From assembly GCA_012026655.1 (NCBI GenBank), contig JAAILG010000264.1, positions 1-64,000 on the forward strand: a stretch of 64,000 nucleotides of DNA. The letters run 5' to 3'. The DNA comes from Hydrolagus affinis (Eukaryota). The translations under genes were made by a program, and so were the position numbers. How positions within the stretch are numbered: position 1 is the stretch's first letter; each line of letters starts with the position of its first letter. Shown piece by piece: positions 34,551 through 48,985 of this stretch. Below the pieces are notes generated by a model. The model made no database searches and was not told the origin of the DNA. It saw only the letters and a list, made by a program, of their open reading frames with translations.

Positions 34551-34551
<1 letters not shown>

Positions 34552-37500
34552 TCTCTTGTAATAAGGCCGTTTAATTGTAGACGTACCGATTTTATATTTT
34601 TGGCTCAATTAATCACTTGTATAATTTCATCACAAATCTAGGTCACCATGTTTGCTTATATTTATTTACTGGAATGTCACTGAAATCCTTGACCATCAGT
34701 TGAACGAATCTGTATAAAATTTAATCTATTAAACTAATGATTAGCACAAATGCTTTGCTGTATAATTCTACCTTTCTTGCACATAAAACTGGTACATGAA
34801 AAACAGTAATGCACCTCTTTAAGTGGGATATTAATGTTTATAGATTGAACAATATGGAAAATAAATGTGACATTAAGATCCATTAGCATGGTATTATTTG
34901 ACAAAGACATTACAGTTGATAAAACTCCTTCCTTGGTATTGTTTGTCAGATGTCACAAGAAAGGATATGTATTTGATAGAAAAATCAAAAATAATGGATT
35001 TTGAAATCCCAGAAAAGCTTTAGATGTACAGAAATCAATACTAATCCCACATTAAGCCAAAGCCTTCTGTCAGGCTCCTGAATGGAAGGTCAGGGTTCAT
35101 TTTAAACATTAATTGACGCTCAATTTTCAATTTTGATTGTGCGAATATAAAACCAACAGATTTTTGTCTGATAATTAATCTAAAGGATTTATAACATTAA
35201 GGGAGCTGAATTAAAGTGCACAGGGTAGTCTAAAACATTTACCATAAATAATAATGTTCATGTTTCAGTCAATACCTATCCATATCAAAACAAATTATTT
35301 CTGCCTTGCAGCGTAGCAAACAATTCTTTCACTTTCCAAACTACCATTCCTTCATAATGTGCCATACTCAGATCATTATTACAATTTGCATGGAAATATC
35401 AAGCTTAATTTAACAGTGCTGTCATGGCAACTGCTACCTTTGCAATGAAATGTTAATAGCGATGAAATGTTAACAGTGGCCATGTGCCTCTTCACCTTAC
35501 ACGGAGAAGTATGTCCTTTTGAGAACTGCAGTCTGGAAACAGTGACTTATGTGACATCATGATGCCTGATGGCTGCACTCCATTCATCATGTCATTTCTG
35601 ACTTGTTTAAGGGGTGGATAAAGATCTAAATTTCATGCATATAGGAGTCGTTCATGAATCAGGTACTGTATACAATTTAAATTTTTCGATCCGTTTTTAA
35701 AAAATCTAAACAACATTCAAAGGCATGAGTTGGGTAATCAGTGGTACAATGTACTTTCTTCAGCTATCTTCAAAGGCATCAGAACACAAATGAACAAATA
35801 AATGGCATAACAGAGGGCATTGTTGTTATTGTCCATTCAAAGATAAATTGAGGCTGAGGCTAGGTTTTCTTGTTCAGTGCCTTGGGATGTCCTCCTGACA
35901 TGAAAGGTGCTATACAAATATAATTTGTTGTTATCCACCAATCAATTCTTTCCCCTCACCATACATAACAACAAAGCAGTCAGGTTTAAAGAATGTTGGG
36001 CTGTAATCCATTGGAAAAGCATTCACAAGTTGTCAAGACTGCTATAGATTGTGGGTGCAAAATTAAAGTAATTTCTGAAGTTCTGACATAAAATTAAAGA
36101 ATTCTTATTGTACAATGTTGATTCTAATATGGCAAAAGGCCTGATGTCGAGCTACAACTCTCCTATTGTAGAGTAGATACCTCTCATCAAGACTGCATGA
36201 TTTGGACGCCAACATTAACCTTAGACAGTTTCCACTGTTCCCATTTCAAGCATTTATATACTTTATCTCCATCTTAAATTTTCAAGCACACACAAGTGAT
36301 TTTGTGGTAGAAGGTAGTAACAGAAAACCTCCACGAGATGGCAAATGAAACAACAGAATAGTTGCTTCTGATCATGTAGATATAAGCAGCTTCATCCAGC
36401 AGAGGTCAGTACTGTACACCACAAACTGATAGCCAGGGTACAAGATTTCTGCAGCTACTCCTGTAAGTGATTATCAAAGTCTCAGTATTATTTTGAAACA
36501 AATCCTGTGATCAAAAGAAATAAGAAGGAACGGGCAGATTGCTGGGGCGTTAAAATACATTTTTACAGGAAATCCAGTAAAGTGCTTTGAGGCGCAGTGG
36601 TCAAAGGAGCGATATTAAATGGAGTGAATTTTTATTCTTTATCATGTTCAATGATAAGTAACTCTTTAACCCCATTTGCAGGCACACATTAAGAATATGC
36701 CCATGAACAGAATATTAGCTTGTGTTTTCTTCTCATTTGTCTGCATGCATTTACAAATAGGAAAAATAATGATTTAATTGATGCATTTATTTTACCCCCC
36801 CACCCCCATAAAAAATGTTGCAAAACTGATGGTCACTATTCCTCACGTAAACATGCACCTGAATCTGTTTGAACATAATAAACCTGTCCCTGAAATTGAC
36901 AACCAAATAGATCTTATGCTTATGGATGAGAATCAGGCCCATTTGCTACAACATTTATTTCCAAATGAGCCAATTCAGCAGGAGAACTGAAACGTAAAGA
37001 TCTGGGCAATCCTGACCAATTATTTTATTCAATCAGAGATCAAAAGTTGGCAGATTGTGCTCAACAATGTGAAATGGTTTCCAGGATCAAATACAAATGG
37101 GAGAGCCTGCTGTGCATCATCATGACACAGTTTAACACACCGTTGAAAAACAAGATTTACAATTTTATTATTGTCTCAAAAGTATTAACAGGTACAAAAG
37201 TAGCACTGGTTTGGAATGAATTTGCACAGTTTTCCCCCAAAATATACAGTCAATTCACTTCTACAATAATAATAATAATCCTGATATAGAACTTTATCAT
37301 GTCTTCTAGATGCTTCAAAGCTCTTTGTAGAATACACTGTCAAGTGAATTGACTATATTTTGTGAGCAAAACACAATAGTTTATTGCGCACCCATGAACA
37401 GTCATGGATTGAAGCGACTAATTTATATAATTATTACTCTTTATGGAAGGAATTATTTTATCCTGGAAAAGCGATCTGCCAATCAACCAAATACTGTGTT

Positions 37501-40031
37501 CCTACTTACCACGAGATAACCAGAGGTGTGTGGAGTAAGGAAAGTTGCCCAGCATTTAGTCCTGTTTACTGAAAACACCTTTTCCAAGTGGGATTTTTCC
37601 CAACTGATGCAAAACACATAAGTTTCAGAACATATGGTGAAACCGTATTTATTCTGTATTTTCATGCTAAAGGACATTATAAATCGGGCTAATTTGGACA
37701 GCCAATGCTGAAGTCAAAACATAGAGAATAATTGCTGGCATCTGGATTATATCTGTACCACAATTTATCCAATTTCAGTCAACAGCAATATGCTAATCAA
37801 AACAGTTCTGAAAGAAGTTATAAATTAAATGTAAAATAATTGATTCTTGTGGGTGAGTTACAACTTGTAATCTAATTGTGAGTTTCAGACAACTTCATAA
37901 GCATGAGATCAAAAGTTGAGTCGTTTAGGAAGTAAACACCAAGATTAAGTCACCAGCTTTTAACTCTGTCTCAAGTATTTACTCTTTACATATACAATGT
38001 ATGGACTATTTCGCTACAAAAATGTATGGTTGTGTCACGTAGTTTGTAGCGGGTGTATTCTACGACATATCATGAGACTTATAGATGTTCATACCAGTCT
38101 AATTTCTCAGACAGCAACTTTTCATAGTCCTACCAATTGAAGTATTCAACGAGCTGAGAACTAGTGTTTCCTTAGGTAAGGTGCCTGTGGCTCTATACCA
38201 CCCTGTGCACAAAGCATGGCAGAGGTTTGCCTACTTGTTGGCTGGCAAATGGTGTATACAATACAATTTACATTTATATAGCATCTTTCACATCAGGGGG
38301 AATGTCTCAAAGGGCTTTACACAGGAGAGTACACAAGTGTAAATTGTTGTCTTCCAATAAAAGCTGAATTTTTAAAACACTTATTGATTACATGCTCTAA
38401 AAGTACACAATAAAACCAATGTGTAATTTACTAATGTTTGCAAAAAAAGACCTAATACATTTAACGATTGTAGAATTGCTCATTATAACACTGATCGTAA
38501 GAATCTTACTCCCATCAATGTCTCTTTATTTTTGACTCATTCTAATTCACTTCAAGATCCAGTAACCTTCAATTCACTGCACTGTGCTCTTATAATTCAG
38601 ACTTGAAAATAAATTTTCGGTTAGAAGTACACAAAGCTAGGAGTTAGTTATACATCTGGATGGATGAAAACACTTTATTTATGCCACCAGGAGAAACTTA
38701 TTTCACCCACCAATAAATTTACAAAGCAGCAGTTCAAAAGTAACCAACAATATTGCAACTGTCCATACCACAATTGGATTTCCCCTTCCCCGGCCAAACT
38801 GATTAATTTACTGTCAACCAAGCACAATGTATTTACAAGGTACTAGTCATTAGATGCCATCTGCCAGCCATCTCCCAACACCCCATAACCACACACAACT
38901 AGTCTGTCAGGAGAGGTAACACAGACGTTGGAGGGCATACCACATTTGTCATTTAGGCCAGTGTCACAGATATGCCTACAATGAGTAGCTCCCTCTTTCA
39001 GATACACAGGGCTGAAGATATGTAATTCAATGCTCAATTTACCCTTGCCTCACAGGAGATTTTTGCCTGCTAATTGATAGAAATTAAGCCATTAATCAAG
39101 CCACTAGCCATCATTCAAGCCAGGAAAGATGAATACAAACTTTCATAATAACCACCTTCACCATTTTAGTGCTCATTAGCATTAATTTTTAATGCAATTA
39201 TGCTATTCTTTTACGCTGAGCTCATAAATTACAGCTCTTTTGTTGCTGGCTGGCCTTGTAAAATCCACAGTAATGCTTTGTAGTCTGATCTTAAAGGCAA
39301 TTACTGGCTTCTTCTTTCTTTTATCTCTCTGTCTGCCCAATAACCTTTTACTACTGATTTATTCCAAATCCTTTCTTTCTGTTTGCTTTTATTTTCAGCT
39401 CACTTTCAGAAGTGAAACGCTTTGAATCTAAGGTTCGCAATATTCCTAAATAAAACGGTAATTCATTATAATCCTAAATAGAATCTGAGGATTAAAAGAG
39501 CTTTTCTATTCCTGGTTGCTATCTACAGCTGATTTAATTTATAAGAGATACTTTTACGTGACACAAGGGACCAAAATCATCTAATACTTGAAGCTAAATT
39601 AAGTCAAGATTATACACTAGTCTCTTTTATGTGTAAAAAAAACTTTGACGTAAATGTAGAAAAATAATATTCAATTTCTCAATTGATAACAAATATCTGT
39701 TACCAAATGTTGTGGGTGTATTTTGCAGGTCTTAAATGAAATGAAAATGATACAATCCATTTCTAACATACATGATAAATTTGAACAGTAATATACATTT
39801 TTACTACACATTAGTTTTAGAATATAATTTGGCTGCTAATTACCTAATTGTCTAAAATTACAAATAGACTGCCTTTAATACCATATCTATAAATTCTTAA
39901 GACACAATAAAAAAAAGCATAATGACTGTTCTCTGATGTGATTCAAGATCTGCTAATGCCAATCTTGCTTTGTTATACAATTAAAGGATAGATATGTAGC
40001 AAGGGATAGAAAGCAGTAATCAAGCAGTAAT

Positions 40032-40349
40032 CGCTCGCCTTGCAAGCGAGAGACCTGGGTTCGATTCTCGGCAGGGCGAAATGTTGGGCAAGTTTCCTTA
40101 CTCTAGCATTAAATGGCAACTTGGTTGTCTGGATCAGTGGATTGTTTTTCTGGGGATAATAATCCCTCAAAGAAACACAATAATGATTTGGTCATTCAAT
40201 CCATGACTGTTTGTGGGACACTGCTATACACAACTCGCTGCTGCGTTTCACCCACAAATATAGTCAATTCACTTTACAGTATATTCTGTGAAACGCTTTG
40301 AGACATCTCAAAGACAATTTATCAAATGTAAGCATTATTACTATTATTA
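40032..40349 (+). mobile_element. Same SINE family
   Basis: CTCGCCTTGCAAGCGAGAGACCTGGGTTCGATTC through to tail. Confidence 0.82.
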
Positions 40350-41649
40350 GGACATATAAAGTGATATGTAATTTTTCAAAGTGAAATGGTTGGTCTGTAT
40401 ACTGGCATTGAATGGTATAAATTTTCTAGAGTCTATAACGCATGATAAAGTACCTCTTTGGAGTTCATCATTACAGTAAAATAAAGAGGCTACTAGTTTG
40501 ATTTATCAGATGGCATTTGAGTGGAAAATATAGTTGTATTTTTTCTGGTGAGTGCTTTGAGTAGTTTTATTCACATGGTGCATGAGATTTTCCATTGCCA
40601 GGAGGTGGTACATGGTGATGTAGGGCACATATTATTGCTCATGACAGTGTAGTGGGAATGCAAAGTATCTCGCTCCACAGCTAGACCTGTAGAATATATT
40701 GCAAATAACGTTGGAGAGACAATAATAAGTTGTGGAATACCCAGATCATTTTGCTTTCTGAGGAGCGCCACACAATCTGTACACATGAGCAAAGTTCTAA
40801 ATATATTTCAATTCTTTATTCGGTCAAAATTACATGAAAAATGTATAGACTAAGGACACATTGATGGCTGTTATAATGCCTTATTAAGCAATTGAGCTCT
40901 CTACCTTGCAACAACACTGAATATTCAACATAACAGTCAGAAGAAAGGAGAAAGTGATTGTGTGCAAGCATTTTATATAAAAAACTATTGTGTAAGAAAG
41001 TGTGTTTATATTCTAAAATACAAAATGCTTGCATACAGCCACTTTATTTTTGATAGTTTTAAGGCTGCTCATCAAGAGAATGCTTGGGGGAGGCGCCATA
41101 TAAGTGCAAGTTGTTGAGTTGGCTGGGAGTGAGTTATAATAGTACTGTACTGGGGGAAAAAAAATATTGGCCAAGAGAAAGTGGATGGGAAAAGACTGTG
41201 GCAGCTTCAGGAAGGAAACGGTGGGAAAGGGAGGGAGTTTGTGGCAGCCTCAATAAGAAACCTGACCTGGTTTCTCCAATATGAGAACCATGACATGATT
41301 CTGTAAAGCTCCAGAGACAAATTATTGGTATTTGACATCCAAATCAGCAGTTGCAAACAACACAGTAAGACTGATTGTGATGTTAATCAACAACTAGTAG
41401 ATGGCAAAAAAAAATGCATGAACCATATTGTCCCATATGTGTAGCTTGGAAAGACTTTAGGAATTTCGGTCAGTGAAAAATTTATTATGACACAAATCTT
41501 CCAAATTAACCAGGATACAGTTTTCCTCTGATGGAGTTGAGATCCAGCACAGTTTGACAAATAGCAATAAAGTACAACATAGTTTTATTTTTTCCCCAAA
41601 AAATATTTTTACTTTGAAGCTGTTTTATAATAATTATAAAGTATAAATT

Positions 41650-41948
41650 ATAATAATATAATAATCCTTGCATTTGACATAGCGCTTTTTCACATCTTCC
41701 AGACGTCTCAAAGCGCTTCACAGAATACACTGTGAATTGACTGCATACAAGTATTTGTGGGTGAAACGCAGCAGCCAATTGCGCATAGCAGTGCCCCACA
41801 AACAATCGTGGATTGAAATGCGAATTTTTTTAAACTAATTTTTGGAGGGATTATTATTAGGCGTGTGTGTGGAGTAAGGAAACTTGTCCAAGGTTTCGCC
41901 CTGACCTGCCTGGATTCGAACACAGGTCTCACACTTGTAAGGCGAGTG
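41650..41948 (-). mobile_element. Same SINE family
   Basis: Consensus match. Confidence 0.85.
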
Positions 41949-44900
41949 GTTTGTACGTTTCAAAATTATTTCATGAAGTTATTAACTGAAACAATTTTTT
42001 AGGGCAGTGCAAGTTTTCACTGACCCAAATGAATGTTTTATTCTGCTTTCAAAATTCCACACTCCTAATCATGGAAATGTTACATCTGCTGAAATGGAAA
42101 CCACACAAAGCTCACCTCTTCAGATGTTCACACTTACCAGGATCAAAAGAAATCTAAAGCTAACATCTGGCCATTTTTCACTCCAATAAAAAGGACTGTG
42201 ATATTTTAACCGTTGACTTTCCATACACACAGCCACCTTCTTTACATCTCCCAATAGAAAGAACTATTCGTGCCAGTTAAAGCTGAATCAAGATGTAGAT
42301 CTATTCGAAGTTGAACATGTCTGCAACACACGCAATTGATTGTCCTATATTGAACTGGATTCTAACACAACTACTGTCAGTCTTTGGTCGTCAAAATCCT
42401 TTCAGGTTCAAACTTTATTGTCCTACATTAATTAACTCTATGCAGACTATTTTCAGCAAGAAATCTACCTCTGCAACAGTATATTTTTGCTTATGACTTT
42501 TGGAATCATTTACAGCATGACATTTCCTAAGTGTATTGCTTGTCTACATATGTTTTTCCTTTTATTCAGGGCAACTGAATAAACGTCAGTTAGATTTAAT
42601 TTCATAGTCTACAACAAAAGCAACATGATACAAAATGTCAGAAAGCCCGAGCAATTACTTTACCAAGGTCATGTGGAAACAGAAGATATGAAAAATTCTA
42701 TTCGTAAACCTAGGAAAACCACAGGATTCTCAAATCGGAAAAGAGTTTGAGAACATAAAATATCCTGATTCTAAAATTACATGTACATTTTCCATATTTA
42801 AATTAATGCTTTGTTTTTTTTAACCTAAATGGGATGGACAGTTAGACAAATAATTTGCACCTTGCAAGATGTTAATTCATTAGTGTAGTTTTTTTTATAT
42901 CTTTTATGCTGCTGGACCCAATTCAAATAAAATTTAAGTCATTAAAATAATACTGCAGGGAGTCAATAAGCCATACTAATTTAAACCAGACCCATTGTGG
43001 ATAAGCAAACGGGGCAGATAATTGAACATCATGGGAAATATTAATATTATTAAACAAATTGGCAACTGGGCTATTATTGTTTCCAACAAGACTTGTACGG
43101 TTACTATACTAGTAAACTGTGTTAGCTCTTCTCGCTCACTCGCTCTCTCTCCGCCACTTTTACAGAGGCAGCAAATGATTCCATGCAAGCTATTCAGCTT
43201 TTCACAGATTCTATAGGTAATTTACCTACAGACCACACAGCCTGTAAATATACTGCCTTAACATTATGTGGGAAGACGTCTAGAAGACGGATAAAGGGCT
43301 ATAGCAAATGCAAGGATGATTATTATTATAGAGTTAAATAAATAGTGGATTATTTTAGACCCCTAAACAAATTCAGAAACAATGAAAATCTCAGGCTGAA
43401 AGAGAGACAAGTTTGTGAGTTATACCTCAGGGTTCTGATGATGGACATTATCAGGGCTGTGATATTCATGTAACTTCAGCTTTTATATCATGACTATCAT
43501 TTAGATATTTCTTCATATGCCATAAGCAATAATGTATTTCTTCAAATATTACCATCACTTTTGCACAAATCTAAGGTCAGACAGATTCTTGATGGTTTGA
43601 GGGAATAAAAGAAATGTTTCTGCAATTGTAAAGCAACATTGATTTTTCAATATTTTCATTGGTTTTCCATTTCCCTGGTTTTAGGAGGTACCTTTCAAAT
43701 TAAAAATAAATATGGTTAACTAATGGACATTTATGTTATGGATTCACCCCCATACCATTTTGAATCATTGTCCCATAATAATTTTTTAAAAAGGGCTTGG
43801 TTGCTTTTTTTCCCCCGTGACGAACAAATTTCATTCAAGTAAACCCATTCCTTGCTGTAAAACGATATGAACTGACCGTGAATGAAGACATGAGGAATAG
43901 TAATAAGAAAAATTGTGCGTAGAGGTGATCAAATGATAGTAGTGAATTGACTGTGTACTGACAGGAGTGAACGCAGCCATGCAAATGCATCAACTGTGCA
44001 ACAAGGAGCTATTAAGGCTATTGATTTGCTGATTTCAATTGATAGCTTACAGGCTAAGGTTGCACATCAATATTTGCATAAATAAGACCCAGAAGCTAAC
44101 AAGAGTGACAAATGAAAACTTCAATAGGCATTACAACAAAAATTAATTGATGCTGGAATTGTAGAAAATACCATTCAGAGGAACATTTAAATAGACAACT
44201 TAGATAATAAGCAACTCCCACCAGCCACTGCATTTGTAATGACACAGAGGTCTAGCGAGGAACCGAGTTGAAATGTGTGCAAAACTCATTCTTTTAACTG
44301 GAGGTTTAACGGAGATAAAGGAACTACATGTTGATGAGTTGCTCTCAAATCCTACGTTAAGTTGAGTCCTTCGTGGGTTAATCTGTTTGCCTTTGCCACA
44401 CAAGATGATTGACCCCTTTCAACTCAACCTGCCCTGAGATTGCACTTGAGGAAAAATAAGATGACCACATCATAGGCACCAAAGCAGATTCCTTGAATTT
44501 AGTCAAGACAACATTGCTCAGTGAAAAACGTGAATACAACTCTTGAGTGTGCAAATCAATGGGAGAAGGATTGGATAAATGCATGCCCAGAATGTAGCTA
44601 CCTCTCAAACTCAATGACCCTCAACTAATCCAATAAACAACTTAACCACAAGGAAGCAGCAAAGGAGAATGAATTCAGACAGTCACTGAGAGATGCAAAG
44701 CTCGATAATGAGTTGACTCATTACCTCTTTGCTCACACACAAAAAAACAAATAATTGACCTGATGGTGAGAGCTCTTTGGTCAGATCCATATAAAAATGT
44801 AAACTTCAATGACTGTCCACATAATAGAAATGGGTTTGAATCTTCCTACATTAAAAAACAGAGAAAATGCAGGAAGAATAAAAGGTGAAATTCAGAAAAA

Positions 44901-45187
44901 ACCCCAACTCTCCTTCAACTTTTGTGAACAAGGTGAGTTAGAATGTATATTGTCTGGTTATATGGTTAAGCACTCTGGGATGCTACCCCATGTGAATGGC
45001 GCTATATAAAGTTGTTGTTGGTGGTGACATTTTAAACTGCAATCGTAAGATGATGGAAGGCTTGGGTGGTGGGGGAGACGGGTGTCCATAACCAGGCGTT
45101 AATGCCAGATGATTGTATCATCATAATAATACAGGAAAACATAGAACCACAGTCGTTTACAACATTTATAACATAGGTCGCACTGTA

Positions 45188-45504
45188 ATAATAATAATCT
45201 TTGCATTTGATATAGCGCTTTTTCACATCTTCCAGACGTCTCAAAGCGCTTCACAGAATATACTGTGAAGTGAATTGACTTTATATTTGTGGGCGAAACA
45301 TGGCAGCCAATTGCGCAAAGCAGCGTCCCACAAACAGTCGTGGATTGAAATGGCCAATTTTATTACAGTATTGTGTGTTTTTTTGGAGGGGTTATTATTA
45401 GGCGTGTGGAGTACGAAAACTTGCCCAAGGTTTCGCCCTGACCTGCCTGGATTCGCACACAGGTCTCATGCTTGTAAGACGAGTGCTCTAACTACTGAGC
45501 TACA
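45188..45504 (-). mobile_element. Same SINE family with 7-bp target-site duplication
   Basis: CACTGTA at 45181 and 45505. Confidence 0.87.
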
Positions 45505-47539
45505 CACTGTATAAAAAACAATTAATGCTCGGTTTACCATAATAAGTTACTTTAACAAAAAAATAGAAATAAGGATATTGATGGACTGCAACGACTATTT
45601 TAACAAGCTGTTCCTTTTCGAAAGATTCTGCTGAAACAAACCTTGAAGGCGGAGGTATCAAGACTTCTCAACTTCTTATCTCGAGGCTGTTAGTTCAAAG
45701 ATCCTAACTACGACTGCAGACTGCTGTAATGAGAACTGAAGCAGCCACTGGAGTTTTATTTGAAAAGAATGAGGCTTTCACACACTCTCGACACCTTTGT
45801 AAATTTGCTGCTTAAGTAGTTTTATTATAATTACTGTCACTGATGAAAAATGTTTTGTATTGAATTGTGATTGAATGGTTCCAAAAGTTAAAATACAATA
45901 CACTTGTGTTTTGTTGACTTATTTCTCAAAGCCCATGCGTTTACATGCAGTCTACTCTGACGTTGAGTTAATCAATGCAATAAATAGTTTGGGTCATTTA
46001 TTACACAGCCAACAAAACAAAACACACGCACTCATTTTTGTCTGCCATTCTTGACGGCTGTACACCTTTCCTCCCCTGCACATTCTGATTATGAATCCTA
46101 ATGAGGATTGCTCAGCGGGTCAATAGATTAAGATCACAGTCACAGCCAGATGCCTAAGGAACCTCATGAGGTTGACAATGTACACAGCAGGTGGCTGAGT
46201 CAGCTTAATGAGGCCGTGACATATACACTTGGGAGGGCTTTCAACTTCCACAAGACCCATCTGCACAAACTAAGGTGCTCTAACTCCCTCAAGGTACGGA
46301 TGGGACCCTTAAATTATACACCAATGTGCTCAGTTAGCCTTTGGAAGCCATATCCTCGGGTGAGTAAACTGATCAGTAACCGCAGCTAGGTTGCATGCAA
46401 AGTAAAAGCCATTAGCCCATCAAATAATTATTGTGGGAACAATAATGCGTGGCTGGCTTGTGTCTCAACAGTTTCTAAAGGACAACTCAGTTCTGAGCTG
46501 AGCGTGGCTGTCCAATTTAGTTTCCCTCAATCAGCTTTCATAGGCAAAGTTGTCTGGTTATGCTGAAAATGCAGTTAAATTATAGATCACAAACGTTTAA
46601 TCTGAAGTTCGTCAGGTAGTAGTTCTAGATTTCGCACGATAAATTATTAATTATCACAGCAGCCGAAAAAAGAAATTGGTTCTATTAATGGCCAGTCGTA
46701 CATGATGTCAGTGCCTTTAGCTTTTAATGCTGCGCTTGGTCTTTAGGTCATTGTTACACAGTCACACTGGGATAAAATATACCCGAGCATTCCTGAGTAA
46801 TTGAACAAGTAACTATGACCTTTGACAAAAGCTAATGAACTGAAATACATCTTAATATATTATCTTATCATCTAGCACTGCACTTAAGGAATTGCACTTG
46901 CAAAATGTGACCTTTCCCGAATTGAATGTCTCTCTTGCAAACTTGGAACATTATTGCCCTACCCCCCCACCTCCCCACCCCCAACCCATTCCCCGCAAAA
47001 TTAATTAAAATGAGCACAACCATTTAATGCTGCAGGTTTACATTTGGTTGAAAGGCGCAATACAATTACCAAGCTACTAACTTTCCGTTTTTGTGGTGGG
47101 GGAGGCTTATTGCATTTATTGGCCTTTAAGGATTCTGTAAAACTGCAACTGCTGACATGACATGCCTTTTGAAATGTGATGCTTCTGAAGGTTGATCCTT
47201 TAAGTAATCTGGAGTTGGGTATGAAGATGAAATTGTTGGGGGAGAAAAACAATCAGGCTAAAGATATACGAAGCAGTCACTTAGTTTGTGAGAGCAATCA
47301 AGGCTTTCTACCCACCAAAGTGTGCCTGTGTAGAAATTATGGCAAATTTGACAACATCAAGTAGTGGTCTAGCGACGGGATTGCGACCTGCAGACCTGAA
47401 GCCTTTAATAAATGAAATTGGCACATATTGGTAAGGAGCTTCGACATAGACGAGAGAGAGAATGGTATGGAAGCGCTGGGAGGAGGGTGATGATGATGGA
47501 TGTGCCTAATGCGGGCGTGAACTAGCTTAGCCAATTGGT

Positions 47540-47862
47540 CTGTTTGGGCTCCAGTCTGCTCCATATCCCACGCCCGACCCGCCCTATCATAGGTGCCCCC
47601 ACACTGTGGAACTCCAACCCACAGTCCCTTTGCCTCGCATCCTTCCTCGCCTCCTTCAAAGCCGGTCTCAAGAACCTTGTCTTCGATCTTGCGTTCTGCT
47701 GCCTATCCCAACTCTCTCCCTCCCCTCCTAACTCTCCCCCTCCCCTCCCCACTACCCTGACCCAACTCCCTTGCTCGGGTCCTGACCTGACTGTTTAGCG
47801 CCTTGGGACGTCCTCCCTACATGAAAGGCCCTCTAGAAATGTAATTTTGCTATTGTTGTTGT
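47540..47862 (+). mobile_element. L2 LINE 3' fragment
   Basis: LWNS.PQSL...SLASFKAGLK remnant and L2 tail; further short L2 tails near 720-930, 17225-17490, 19795-19945, 35870, 44970, 49330, 50600, 58330 and 59660-59860. Confidence 0.78.
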
Positions 47863-48689
47863 TTCTACCTCCCCCCCACCCCCACCATTTCACATTGGGG
47901 TGTAAAATGCTTAGATTCTGATACCCAAATTAGGGTCAAATTATTTTGCACATCGGGTATTTTACAGGCCTTTCTACCAATGCACAATAATGTACTTAGT
48001 TTCTGCCTTTTGATAGTGAACTACACAAGTCATGGAGTTAACTGCAATTGAATAAAACTGACAGCATCACATTCCCGTTCATTGTTCCATCATTGCAGGA
48101 ACTCAGCTGACGCTTGACTGCAGGCCGGAGAAGTGTTTCATTTGCTATCCTTCGGGTGAGAGATTTAACCAATATGCTGTCTATGTGTTAAGGTGATCAC
48201 TAAAAGATCTAATGGCAATATTCCAAAAATAAAAGAACACTTGTTTTAAGACATTTGGATGAGACGCAACATGATATAATATGTAAGCATTAGTATTAAG
48301 TATTCTAACCCTGTATTGAAGTATATTTGCACACCCCTTTCTTTCTCCTGTTGTACCATAGTTCAACCACAAAATCCAGAGAAAATGTTTATTTTTCTGA
48401 TTAGATGCACCTCAATCTTAGCAAAACATGGGAAACTTACAATATATTCAACATTATGTTTTGGGCCTGATTAAAATGGCACGCTTCAGTCATTTCAATG
48501 ATCCAAGAAATAGATTTCTAAGCAGTGATGATGTCTGATTGATTGAACTGATGAAATTGTATTGTGTAAGAACGCAAGAGTAGAATTGGTTAAATATTTT
48601 GATAAAGTAATGCTAAATATTGATAATTAACTAGAGTGAGCGACTTCTTTTATCTATTTGATTTGATCAAAGTCTATTCATCTATTATT

Positions 48690-48985
48690 ATATTTGAATG
48701 AGACATTAAGCTGAGGTCCCTTCTGCCTGTTCAAGCGAATGTTAAAGATCCTGTGGAACTAGTCATAGAAGAGAAGGGAATTTCTATCGATGTCCTGCCC
48801 AACAATAAAAAAAATTGGTATTTTACTTTATGGTTATTTGTACCACATTTCTGTGTGCAAATTAGTTGTAGCATTTGCACAAATACAGTCACAACACTGC
48901 TGGGCAGTAATCCTCTGAGAAGCATTTTGAGACGTCTCGATCACATAATAATAGGGCTTTATCAAATAGATATAACTATTATTAT
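48690..48985 (+). mobile_element. Older DeuSINE copy
   Basis: GAATGAGACATTAAGCTGAGGTCCC...GTTAAAGATCCTGTGGAACTA...GAAGAGAAGGGAATTTC. Confidence 0.6.
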
